Source: an uncultured Actinomycetes bacterium (GTDB lineage Bacteria > Actinomycetota > Thermoleophilia > RBG-16-64-13). From it: a stretch of DNA of 64,000 bases. The notes below the pieces were generated by a model, which had not been told where the DNA came from, did not search any database, and worked only from the letters and a program-made list of their open reading frames with translations. The DNA lies in the NCBI GenBank assembly GCA_963706025.1, contig CAVPLM010000005.1, positions 640,001-704,000 on the forward strand. The letters are read 5' to 3'. The position numbers and the translations under genes were made by a program. Below are positions 13,577 to 23,195 of this stretch, piece after piece (the first letter of the stretch is position 1; each line of letters begins with the position of its first letter).

Positions 13577-14422
13577 ATGGTCGAGCATCCGGGACGGGCC
13601 TTCCAAGAGAAGACGGCCTACCACCGGTACTCCATGGAGCAACACGAACTCGATTGGCGGAGCAAACCGCCCATCTACAAGTTCTACCCCCACGCCCCGG
13701 TGATCAGCCTGCCGTCTCCTGCCGCGAACCTAGATCAAGACCGGGCCCCCGACCTCTGGACATGTGTCAGCCGGAGGCGCAGCGTACGGGCCTTCGGCAC
13801 CGCCCCGCTGACTCTTCTCGACCTGTCCCGTCTCCTCTGGGCCTCAGCCGGCGTGACCACATCCTTCATCACCCCGCACGGGCAGGACTTCTATCGAGCC
13901 GCCCCAACTGCCGGGGCCCTCTATCCCATCGAGACCTACGTGGTCGCCAACAACGTGGAGGACCTTGAGCCGGGCCTCTATCACTACCGCGTCACCGGCG
14001 TCGACATCCTCGAGCGCCCCATCGTAGAGGGCAGCCACGCGTTGGAGCAGCTCAAGACCGGAGACTTGAGGAGCCAGATCGCGGCCGCGGCGCTTGATCA
14101 GCCTATGTGCGGGAAAGCCGGAGCCGTCCTCGTTTGGACGGCAGTATTCGCGCGCAGCGAGTGGAAGTATAGGGAGCGCGCCTATCGCTACTTCTATCTC
14201 GATGCCGGTCACATCGCCGCCCACCTGTCGCTGGCGGCAGTCGCGCAAGGATTGGGCAGCTGCCCCGTCGCAGCGTTCTTCGACGACGAGGTCAACGCTC
14301 TCGTGGGCATCGACGGACGCACCGAGGGCGTCGTCTATATGGCCGCGGTGGGAAGACCTAGCAGGCCCTTCTTCGGCGGTGGTCGGGTCGACCTGCGTCA
14401 TACCGCCCGGCCGAAAGAATAG
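13577..14422 (+). CDS. SagB/ThcOx-family nitroreductase-like dehydrogenase
   Basis: RRRSVRAF, RAAPTAGALYPIE and KYRERAYRY..LDAGH. Confidence 0.88.
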   Translation: MVEHPGRAFQEKTAYHRYSMEQHELDWRSKPPIYKFYPHAPVISLPSPAANLDQDRAPDLWTCVSRRRSVRAFGTAPLTLLDLSRLLWASAGVTTSFITPHGQDFYRAAPTAGALYPIETYVVANNVEDLEPGLYHYRVTGVDILERPIVEGSHALEQLKTGDLRSQIAAAALDQPMCGKAGAVLVWTAVFARSEWKYRERAYRYFYLDAGHIAAHLSLAAVAQGLGSCPVAAFFDDEVNALVGIDGRTEGVVYMAAVGRPSRPFFGGGRVDLRHTARPKE

Positions 14423-14451
14423 GTCGGACTGCGAGCGGCCGGCGCCGGTTC

Positions 14452-14940
14452 CTAAGTATCCGGGGACCGCCTGCGGCTGAAGTACTCGATCTCAGGGTCG
14501 TGCACATATCCGATGGCGCGGAAAAAGCGCAGCGAGCCCTCGTTGGGCGTCTCGATGAGAGCTGCGATGATCTCGAGGCCGAGTGCCTCCAGCCGAGCTT
14601 CGACCTCGCGTACCAGCAGGCGGGCGATCCCCAGGCGCTGAACCTCCGGAGCCACGGCCAACCGGTTGATCCACCCTTTCCGGCCATCGTGGGTGCCGAG
14701 GACCGTACCGACGAGTCTGCCCCCCATCTCGGCCACGAGAAACACCGATCTGTCCGCCCTCAATTCCGCGGCCACCCTCTCGCGGCTGTCCCGTCCCTGG
14801 GGACGGAACGGCAGACCGGCCTTCGACCAGAGCGAAAGCACCGAGTCGTAGTCTTCGATCCGGAGCTCACGGACGGTTATGTCCGGCTTTCCCGCCGCGG
14901 TCGCCATCTCCCGGGGCCTCTCTTTCGTCTGGGCCTGCAT
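14452..14940 (-). CDS. GNAT acetyltransferase
   Basis: GTHDGRKGWINRLAV.P..QRLGIA. Confidence 0.88.
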   Translation of the reverse strand: MQAQTKERPREMATAAGKPDITVRELRIEDYDSVLSLWSKAGLPFRPQGRDSRERVAAELRADRSVFLVAEMGGRLVGTVLGTHDGRKGWINRLAVAPEVQRLGIARLLVREVEARLEALGLEIIAALIETPNEGSLRFFRAIGYVHDPEIEYFSRRRSPDT

Positions 14941-15143
14941 TCACGCTTGTCCTGCGGTCGCGCAGGGCTCTCGGTTACCCTCCATTGTGCGACCAGAAGG
15001 CGAGCTTCGCAAACAGACTTGCGGCGCCCAGGCCTCCCGGTGCTGACCTTGCCGTTTCGGCAAGACCGTCCCCTGCTATTGACTTTTAGCGACGCTTTCT
15101 GTCACATTGATCCGCAGAGCGCCCGCGACCCTCGGGAGCAGCC

Positions 15144-15636
15144 ATGGCCTTTGGCTTAGATGCCGTCGATCGCCGCATCCTGGCCCTGCTCGTGGAAGAC
15201 GGCCGTATGCCGGCCGCTGAGATAGCGCGCCGCATCGGCCGACGTCTCCGAGCGCTCGGTCCGTTACCGCATCGATCGTTTGCAGCGCCTCGGAGTGGTG
15301 CGTATCTCGGCGATCGTCAATCCCCTGCCGCTCGGCTACACAACCATCGGCGACGTGGCGATCGACGTGGCTCCCGGTTGCCTGCAGGACGTGGCCGCCC
15401 ACCTCGTCGACCTCGACCAGGTGAGCTACGTGGCCGGGTCGGTCGGCGATGGCGACCTGGTAGTCCAGGTCTACGCCCGCGACCCGGAAGAGCTGGTGCG
15501 CCTCGTCAACGAGGTCATCGGTGCCATCTCCGGAGTGACCCGGGTGCGCACGAATATCGTGCCGTGGAAGCTCAAGGAAGTGTGCGATTGGCACGTCCCG
15601 GCGGAGCTCGCCGAGGAAGGGGCGGCGATGGTCTGA
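15144..15636 (+). CDS. Lrp/AsnC transcriptional regulator (frameshift near 15240)
   Basis: LDAVDRRILALLVEDGRM..AEIARRIG HTH, with the AsnC C-terminal domain in the shifted frame. Confidence 0.85.
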
Positions 15637-15681
15637 GCAGGCGGGTCCGGTCAACCTGAATCGGGCGCGGAATGAGCCAAC

Positions 15682-17361
15682 ATGTGCTTCCGCGCCAAGT
15701 CCATGGGGGTGAACATGCAAGGGCAAGGAGAGGGCGAGATAGCATTCGCGCGAAAGGCCAGCGGACTCGTCCGCGGTCTGAGCATGTGGGACGCCTTTGG
15801 CGTCGGCTTCATGAACCAGGGGCTGACTCCCAGCATCTGGGTCATGGTCAGCCTGGGTCTGGGCGTGTATCTGGGTGGCAACCTGATCATCGCCACCATC
15901 ATCTCTTTGGTGCTCGCCGGTATCGGCTTCCCGCTGGTATGGGGCATCCTGGGCGGGTCCATGCCCCGGTCCGGGGGCGAGTACATCTACAACTCGAGGA
16001 TCATCCACCCCCTGATAGGTATCGGGGAATCGTTCGGTAACGCGTTCATCTGGCTCATGTGGATCTACGTCCTGGCCCCGTGGATGGCCGACCCGGGATC
16101 CATCATGCTTTCGGAGTTCATGGGCTGGACCTGGCTCTATGACTCCGCCAGCGAGACGTTCTTCGGCGGCCTCTCCTACGCGTGGGGCTCGTTCGTCATC
16201 GCCACCATCGCCAGCATCATCGCGTTCTTCTTCGTCGTCTTCGGGATCAAGGTCTTCGCCCGGGTGCAGAAGGTGGTCATGGGCGTCGGTATCCTCGGGG
16301 CTATCGTCATAATCATCGTGCTACTTTGGTACAGCAAGGCGGACTTCATCGCCTCCTGGAACAGCCTGGCGGCGGAATACGGGTCGCTGAACTACGATGA
16401 CTTCATCGCGGCCGCCAGCACCGCGGCCGGCACCGAGATGCCGACGACCTGGAACTGGTACGACACCTTCGGGGTGATGGTCGCGGGCTCGTGGCTCTTC
16501 GCCTACTCGTACTGCATCACGTTCATCGCCGGCGAGGTGAAGCGACCGGATAAGAGCATCATCCTGTCGAACCTCTTCGCCATCGTCGTCCCGGCGATTT
16601 TCATGATCCTCACGGCGATCGGCCTGTACACCCTGGTCGACTTCAACTTCCTTTCCGCCTCGGCCTGGGTGGACAACGCCGGGACCGACGCGATAGAGGG
16701 CTACAACATGCCCTGGAGTCCGCACTTCGTAGGGCTGGCTGCGGTCGTGAATTCGAACCCGGTGATACTGTTCCTCATGGCCTTCTCGTTCCTGCTCTTC
16801 ACTCTGTGGTGGGTTGCCCTGTCGTACCTGGCCTTCCCGCGCATCATCTTCGCGTGGGGCATGGACCGCATGGGTCCCAAATGGTTCACGGACGTGAACG
16901 CGCGCTTCGCTTCCCCGATCAAGAACTACATTTTGTGCTTCTTCATCGCCGAGCTCCTCATCGCGCTCTATGTTTTCTGGCTGAACGAGCCCATGCAGGG
17001 CCTGTCGGTGACCGCCCTCGAGATCTTCTCGGTGTTCGGCGTCACCGCCATCGCGGCCGCCATCTTCCCCTTCTCCAAACGCGCCAAGCATATCTGGGAG
17101 GCTTCACCGTACCGGAAGTGGAACCTGCTCGGAGTGCCCGCGGTGACGTTGGGGGCAGTGGTCAATATCGCCTACTTGGCGATCCTGGCCGTCTTCTTCT
17201 TCTTCCAGCCCACCAATCTGGAAGGGTTCACCCTCACGACCGGGATGCTGATTCTCGCGACCTGGGCGCTCGGTCTCATCTGGTACTGGTTCTGGAGTTG
17301 GCGGGTGAAGAAGACCGCCGGCATCAGCACCAGCTATGCTTACTGGGGAGCTGCCACCTGA
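15682..17361 (+). CDS. APC-family amino acid permease
   Basis: FARKASGLVR, SMPRSGGEY.Y.SR and AGEVK; about 12 TMs. Confidence 0.88.
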   Translation: MCFRAKSMGVNMQGQGEGEIAFARKASGLVRGLSMWDAFGVGFMNQGLTPSIWVMVSLGLGVYLGGNLIIATIISLVLAGIGFPLVWGILGGSMPRSGGEYIYNSRIIHPLIGIGESFGNAFIWLMWIYVLAPWMADPGSIMLSEFMGWTWLYDSASETFFGGLSYAWGSFVIATIASIIAFFFVVFGIKVFARVQKVVMGVGILGAIVIIIVLLWYSKADFIASWNSLAAEYGSLNYDDFIAAASTAAGTEMPTTWNWYDTFGVMVAGSWLFAYSYCITFIAGEVKRPDKSIILSNLFAIVVPAIFMILTAIGLYTLVDFNFLSASAWVDNAGTDAIEGYNMPWSPHFVGLAAVVNSNPVILFLMAFSFLLFTLWWVALSYLAFPRIIFAWGMDRMGPKWFTDVNARFASPIKNYILCFFIAELLIALYVFWLNEPMQGLSVTALEIFSVFGVTAIAAAIFPFSKRAKHIWEASPYRKWNLLGVPAVTLGAVVNIAYLAILAVFFFFQPTNLEGFTLTTGMLILATWALGLIWYWFWSWRVKKTAGISTSYAYWGAAT

Positions 17362-17508
17362 GTGATCTGTCGGTTTGATGCGGCCGAGCATGACCGGGCC
17401 GCGACAACGGGGTCGCCGCCGCTTCGCGGCGGCGACCTCCGCATATGCCGGCCGCCGAGCGCGGGGATCTACGCACCCAGGCCTCGAGCAGCCGGAGAAG
17501 GAGTGATC

Positions 17509-18453
17509 GTGCTCAAGCTGTTCTACGTTACCGATATCCACGGATCGAACGTCTGCTACCGGAAGTTTCTGAACGCGCTGCCCATATACGGGGTGGACAT
17601 AGCCATTCTGAACGGCGATCTTTTGGGCAAGGTGCTCATCCCTCTGGTGGAGAAGGCAGGCGGAGGACGTGAATGCCATCTCATGGGCCAGTACACCGAG
17701 ATGAACTCGGCCGAGGAAGTGGCGGCGACAAAGAAGACCATCGAAAACGCCGGCTACTACTGGTCCGAGCAGACTCGGGAAGAGTACGACGCCATCAGGG
17801 CCGACCCGACGGCGATAGACAAGCTGTTCAAGAAGCGGGCGATCGAGCGTATCGAGGAGTGGCTGGAACTGGCGGACGAGCGCCTGGCCGGCAAGAGCCA
17901 TGTGGTCTACATCTGCCCGGGCAACGACGACTGGTGGGAGATCGACGACATGATCGCCCAGTCCAAGTCGCTGCGACCCTGCGACGACATGATCGTCGAG
18001 TTCGACGACTATCGGATGGTGTCGTCCTCGCGCTCCAACCCCACCCCATGGGACACGCCGCGAGAAGGGCCAGAAGAAGAGCTGACAGAATACCTCGAGA
18101 GCTTGTGCCAGAGAGTGGGCACCTCGCCCAAGGACTTCGAGAACGTGATCTTCAACTTCCACGTGCCCCCCTACGGCTACTCGCTCGATCTCTGTCCCAA
18201 GCTCGATGCGAACATGCGCATGGCGGCGGAGGAGAAGATCCACGCGGGCAGCGTTGGAGCCAAGCAGGTGATAGAAAAGTACCAGCCTCTCCTGGGATTG
18301 CACGGCCATATCCACGAATCCCGCGGCGCCCAGAAGGCCGGCCGCACCCTCATGATCAATCCTGGGAGCGAGTACTCCGAGGGAATCCTCAAAGGCGTCG
18401 TGGTGATGCTGGACAAGAAGAAGATCACAGACTACGTCTTCACCTCGGGCTAG
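17509..18453 (+). CDS. Calcineurin-like metallophosphoesterase (Icc-related)
   Basis: TDIHGS, NGD, PGNDD, HVPP, LHGHIHES and NPGS. Confidence 0.9.
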   Translation: MLKLFYVTDIHGSNVCYRKFLNALPIYGVDIAILNGDLLGKVLIPLVEKAGGGRECHLMGQYTEMNSAEEVAATKKTIENAGYYWSEQTREEYDAIRADPTAIDKLFKKRAIERIEEWLELADERLAGKSHVVYICPGNDDWWEIDDMIAQSKSLRPCDDMIVEFDDYRMVSSSRSNPTPWDTPREGPEEELTEYLESLCQRVGTSPKDFENVIFNFHVPPYGYSLDLCPKLDANMRMAAEEKIHAGSVGAKQVIEKYQPLLGLHGHIHESRGAQKAGRTLMINPGSEYSEGILKGVVVMLDKKKITDYVFTSG

Positions 18454-18465
18454 AAGGAGCTGACC

Positions 18466-19276
18466 ATGCCCAAACCGTTCATCCTTCCCAAAGACATCCC
18501 CATGGATCGGTATCCGGGGCCCCAGGTATTCCTCTCTGAGGGCCGGCGGATCGTCGACGCGGCTCGCGACGCCGGCTTCGCCATGAGGGTGATGGGGCCG
18601 CTCGCGCTCCACTACTACTTCCCCGAGCAGGTGGAGCTATACGCGCGGCTCGAACGGTTGGGGGAACGTTACTTCACCGACATCGACTTCGTCGCCTACA
18701 GCAAGGCCGGGGGGAAACTGAAGGGTTTCATGGAGAAGCTGGGCTACGACTGCGACGTCAACACCCTGATGACGACCGGCAAGACCCGTCAGATCTACTA
18801 CGGCGGAGCCGTGCCCATGATCGATGTCTTCCTGGACAAGCTCGACTACTGTCATGAGGTCAACTTCAGAGGCCGGTTGGAGTTCGACGAGTACTGCATC
18901 TCCCTCACCGACATCACCCTGCAGAAGCTCCAGATCTGGGAGATAAACGACAAGGACCTCAAAGACCTGGAGTTCCTTTTCACGGTGGCGGACGTCGGCG
19001 ACGATGAGGCGCAAGAAGATCAACCGCTCCTATGTCTCCAAGCGCCTGGCCGACGACTGGGGCTTTTGGTACACGGCCACCACCAACCTCGGCCGGGTGA
19101 AGGCCCACGTCGAGGGAGTGGACGTGCTGGACGATGCCCAGAAGGCACACGTCAAGCAGCGCTGCGACGACTTCCTGGCCCGCATCGAGGAGGAGCCCAA
19201 GACCAAGGACTGGCAGAAGCGCGCCAAGAAGGGCACGGACAAGATCTGGTACAACACGAGCTTCTCGGACTGGTAG
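18466..19276 (+). CDS. Conserved hypothetical protein, possible nucleotidyltransferase-like fold (frameshift near 19010)
   Basis: RVMGPLAL...TDIDF (G..DxD), QKLQIWEINDKD and C-terminal DWGFWYT...WY. Operonic with the upstream genes. Confidence 0.6.
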
Positions 19277-19442
19277 AGGGCGGCGCGCGGCTGCCTTCTA
19301 CCTGCGCCGCGGTTGCTCACGTCGACCCCTTGATCGGGTAGGGGCCGGGCTCACCCCGGCCCCTCCCACACCACCGGACATGCGGGCCGCGCATCCGGCG
19401 GTTCGCCGAGCATCCCCACCTCACTCCGTCCTCACTCCGTCC

Positions 19443-19982
19443 TCACTCCATCTTCTCGATCCAACCTGTCCACGCCGATCTAGAGGAAGGGGGCTCCATG
19501 GCTTCGTAGATGTTGTACAAGTGCTCCAGCACGCGAAGCGTGTAGCCTTCGTATTCACCTGTGCCCTGGGCCTGGTTGAAGACGTACTGCTCTACGTACC
19601 CGCTGCTGACGGCCCCGGTCCACTTGTCGCACACCCAGCTTCCCTTGTCGTTGGTGATGACACTGGACCCCCACAAGGTGGCGCTCTGGTCCGAACGGAG
19701 ATCCAAGTTGAACGTGACCTCAATGGTCCCGCTGACCCTGGGATCGGAGGCCTCGACCGTGGCTGTAAGCTTCCCGTCCCGGTACTCAGTGACGTCGCCC
19801 ACCACGGTCGCGGTGGCCTCCTGCGCCCCGGTATACATGGCGTTTCCGACGAAGGGCTCCAATCCCGAGAGCACTGCGCCTTCTGTCGATGATGCCTGGT
19901 CCCCGCATCCAGCCCAGGCCAGCGCCCCGGCCAGCAGCAGGAAAGCGGTGATCAGTACGCATGTGGTCTTTGCCCCACTCAT
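19443..19982 (-). CDS. Putative lipoprotein
   Basis: Signal peptide with lipobox-like WAGC; beta-rich domain. Confidence 0.7.
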   Translation of the reverse strand: MSGAKTTCVLITAFLLLAGALAWAGCGDQASSTEGAVLSGLEPFVGNAMYTGAQEATATVVGDVTEYRDGKLTATVEASDPRVSGTIEVTFNLDLRSDQSATLWGSSVITNDKGSWVCDKWTGAVSSGYVEQYVFNQAQGTGEYEGYTLRVLEHLYNIYEAMEPPSSRSAWTGWIEKME

Positions 19983-20036
19983 GACCCTGTCTCCTTCTTC
20001 ACAGCACGTTTCTCTGCCCGTTTCCTCTTTCGGTCT

Positions 20037-20801
20037 TCAGTCGGCCGACTGGATCCAACCCGTGATGGAACCTGAAGTGGCAGGTGGAACGGCGGCAGGT
20101 GTGGTCGATCCCGACACCTGCGTGGAATGCCACAGCAGGTACAGGCGCAGCCCGTCGTATCCACCGAAGCCAAGCGCCTCTCCAAAGGAGAACTGTTCCA
20201 ACCCGTCCGCGGTGAGGACACCCTCCCAGGAGGCGCACTTCCACGTGCCCTGGTCGTTGCTCAGGACCCATGAGCCCTGGATTTCGGCGCTGCCATCCGC
20301 GCGCACCCCGATGTCAGCGGTGATCTCCAGAGTGCCGCTGATTCCCGACTGGGACATGTCCAGCTCATACACCAGCACCCGGCCGCTGATCTGGGTGGTG
20401 TAGTTGATGTCGATGGCCGGGCTGGTGACCCCCTCGTTCTTCACCTGCTCAAGCGTGGCCGTGCCCATCACCGGTACGAGTCCGGCGGCCACGGAGGTCG
20501 CTGCCCCGGTCCCCGAGGTCGCCGTTCCGCCGGCAGGCAGGGTCGAGTCGGTGATCACCAGTGCAGGCCTACCCTGCAGGTAGGTCACCGTTTCATATGC
20601 GCCATAAGCCACTCCGCCGGCAAGGACGATGGAGGCGAACACTACGGCCACGGTCCGCGCCGTCCGCGCCCTCCGCCTTCTCCTTCGCCTGCGCGGCAGC
20701 CTATCGTCGATGCGCTCGCACAGCGCGGCTTCGTCCACGTACGGAGCGTTACGCTTGAACAGGTCACTCAGAAGCATATCGGTCTCGCGTTCGTTCATCA
20801 T
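20037..20801 (-). CDS. Putative anti-sigma factor (single TM)
   Basis: ATGA overlap with the ECF sigma gene; short cytoplasmic N-terminus, Arg patch, TM, extracellular domain. Confidence 0.65.
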   Translation of the reverse strand: MMNERETDMLLSDLFKRNAPYVDEAALCERIDDRLPRRRRRRRRARTARTVAVVFASIVLAGGVAYGAYETVTYLQGRPALVITDSTLPAGGTATSGTGAATSVAAGLVPVMGTATLEQVKNEGVTSPAIDINYTTQISGRVLVYELDMSQSGISGTLEITADIGVRADGSAEIQGSWVLSNDQGTWKCASWEGVLTADGLEQFSFGEALGFGGYDGLRLYLLWHSTQVSGSTTPAAVPPATSGSITGWIQSAD

Positions 20802-21340
20802 CCCGCCTCCACCAGCCCCCTGAGCGCCTCTCGCGCGCGGTGCAGATGGCTGTTCACGGCTCCTTCGGAGATGTTCATGATCCTGGCAATCTCCCCCACA
20901 GAAAGGTCGTTCAGGTAGTAGAGAGTGGCCGCGGTCCGCTGGCGCTTGGGGAGCGACCGGAAGGTCGACACGAAGTCCAGGTCCGGCGTCCACTCCACCA
21001 GCTCGTCGCCGCCGGTCTCGGGGTCGCCATGAGCGCCTTGACTTTGGGAGCCCAGGCGCTCCACCACCCGGGCGGTGCGGGACAGGAACCGGCGATAGTC
21101 TTTGCAGCGGTTGATCCCCACCCGGTAGAGCCACGCCACCGGGTCCCGGTATTCATCCACCCGGTCCCAGCGAAGGTAGAGCTGGATGAAGGCCTCCTGG
21201 GCCGCGTCCGCGGCAGCCTCCCGGTCGAGCGAGATCATGGTGAGGCTCTGGACCAAGCGGGCGCAGTGGGTCTGCATGAAGGACTCGAAACTGCCGCTCC
21301 GGGTCTTGGCACGAACGGCTGTGAGATCGACCGGTATCAC
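20798..21340 (-). CDS. ECF RNA polymerase sigma factor
   Basis: AADAAQEAF, AWLYRVGIN and LPKRQR...LSVGEIARIMNISEGAVNSHLHRAR. Confidence 0.92.
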   Translation of the reverse strand: MIPVDLTAVRAKTRSGSFESFMQTHCARLVQSLTMISLDREAAADAAQEAFIQLYLRWDRVDEYRDPVAWLYRVGINRCKDYRRFLSRTARVVERLGSQSQGAHGDPETGGDELVEWTPDLDFVSTFRSLPKRQRTAATLYYLNDLSVGEIARIMNISEGAVNSHLHRAREALRGLVEAG

Positions 21341-21664
21341 GCGCTCACCTATGACCAGAGCCGGTCTCGTGGCTCCTCCCTCGATCGTCCTAGCCTTCTA
21401 TCAAGTAAGACGTCCGAGGAGTGCTGCCGGCTTTACATCGAGTATAGGCTCCAGATCGGGTACAGGCCTCGGATCGAGCGTAGACCTCAGGTCAAGTGTA
21501 GACACCAAGGCGGGGCTGCGCGACGGCGTCGGGACCAACAAGTGAATCTCGCAGTCCATGCCCGCTGTGGCGAGATTTCCGAATGAAGTGCGGGCAGACG
21601 GAGGAGACTCCTCTATCTCGGCCTCTGGCAACAGGAGGTGGGAAAGCCTGGACGTCAGCTGGCG

Positions 21665-22558
21665 TCAGTCAGGGGTGAATCCCTTGATCAGTGCGTCCAG
21701 GCTGGCAACGAAACCGGTGCCGTTTGCGAAGTCGCCCTCGGCCCCAAAGCCCACCGAGGTTCCAGACCCAGGCTGCTCATCGACCACAAGGTCGGACCCG
21801 GGTCCGACCGGCGGGGTATCAGGGGATCCTCCATCAAGGGCCATCACCAACTGCCCTCCGCTCGACCGCGACACCGCTTCCGGGAAGAGCTTGTGCAACC
21901 ACACCCGTGAGCCATCCGCGTCTACATCGGCAGCCCCGTCGCCGCTTGCCGCGGCCCGGACGCCCTGGGGGGTGGCGCCGAGCCCCTCCCCCTTTTGGGC
22001 GCCGTTCGTCAACCCTGCCTCCTCCCGCACCCACAGAGACAGGTACGTGTGCCCCACGAGAAGCGCTACCAGACTGCTTATCAGACTTGCACTGGCGCTC
22101 GGGTCCAACCCTGCTCGCGAGACCAGCTTCAGAAGAACGTTGGCCCGCTTCTTGGCCACCGGAGAGTAGGCGAGATCCCGCACCAACAGAGGAGCAGCAT
22201 TTGGATGAGTCTGGATGAAGTCCCAAAGTTGCACGAACGTGCCCTTCACCTGCTCTGTCCAGTCTACCTCGGTCGGCGGTGTGCCAAGCTTCCTATACAG
22301 GAACTCAGCGATGCCGGTCAACAACTCGTCCTTGTTTTCGAAGTGGTAGTAGAGAGAGCTGGCTTTGATTCCCAGGGCGCTCGCCAACGTCCGCATGCTG
22401 AGCGATTCAAGACCCGCCTCGTCGATGGCCTCGAGCGCGACCTCGCAGATGCGATCCCTGGTCAGCCGCTCCTTGACTCCGACGCCGTTCCCCGCGTCCA
22501 CCACGTCCCCCAAAACCGATTTGACATGGCCGCCTAACATCGTTAGACTGGCCGCCAA
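21665..22558 (-). CDS. TetR-family regulator
   Basis: LTRDRICEVALEAIDEAGLESLSMRTLA..LGIKASSLYYHFENKDELL. Start uncertain. Confidence 0.88.
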   Translation of the reverse strand: MAASLTMLGGHVKSVLGDVVDAGNGVGVKERLTRDRICEVALEAIDEAGLESLSMRTLASALGIKASSLYYHFENKDELLTGIAEFLYRKLGTPPTEVDWTEQVKGTFVQLWDFIQTHPNAAPLLVRDLAYSPVAKKRANVLLKLVSRAGLDPSASASLISSLVALLVGHTYLSLWVREEAGLTNGAQKGEGLGATPQGVRAAASGDGAADVDADGSRVWLHKLFPEAVSRSSGGQLVMALDGGSPDTPPVGPGSDLVVDEQPGSGTSVGFGAEGDFANGTGFVASLDALIKGFTPD

Positions 22559-23195
22559 CTAACGTCGTTAGTTGGCTACGACAAACAATCGTCCGCCTTG
22601 CCGGAGTGCAACGGGCGCTGTTGCAGATACGGAGCGAAAGGAGCCGATGGTGCGCTTCCTCATACTCCCCTGCCCACCCGAGACGACCGCAAAGACGGCA
22701 CCGTCCGCAAAGACGGCACCATCTATATTCTCGACTCATCGTCGTTTTCCCTGAAGGAGCCCCGGGATCGATAGCGATATTCTTCTTGGGGTGATCTTCA
22801 ACGACACTTGCGTGTCGACCACTACGTGTCTTCTGATCCCTTCGGCGATGGCGCAGGAACGCGCCCCACCCTGGGACATCCCGCGCAAACAAGAGGGGCC
22901 GAAGCTCTCACTGGAAGCCGGCCCCTCGATGGGGAGACTGCGCGTCTCCTCGCGGATCAGGTTGCCTGCCGGCGCCCTAACTCGCACCTTGCTATTACCG
23001 CGTCATGGGCTCGACGTAAACCTCGGCCCGACGATTCCAAGGGTGCGCCTGTCGGGTGACCGCTGCCGTCGAACAGCGGCCACCCGACAGGGTATGGCAC
23101 AGAGGCCTGATTCGCAGGGTCACCTGTAACTCCCGCCCCTAGCACCGGCGGGACGTGTGTGACCTTCATGTAAGCGATTCTAGGGAGTTAGTTCT

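Noticed and set aside
19419-19450. CCTCACTCCGT tandem repeat (about 3 copies, 11-bp period)
   Set aside because: It overlaps a stop codon, has no tRNA core nearby and differs from the arm motifs; likely slippage.
22681-22720. CCGCAAAGACGGCACC direct repeat upstream of the TetR gene
   Set aside because: Could be an operator, but two copies alone give no further support.
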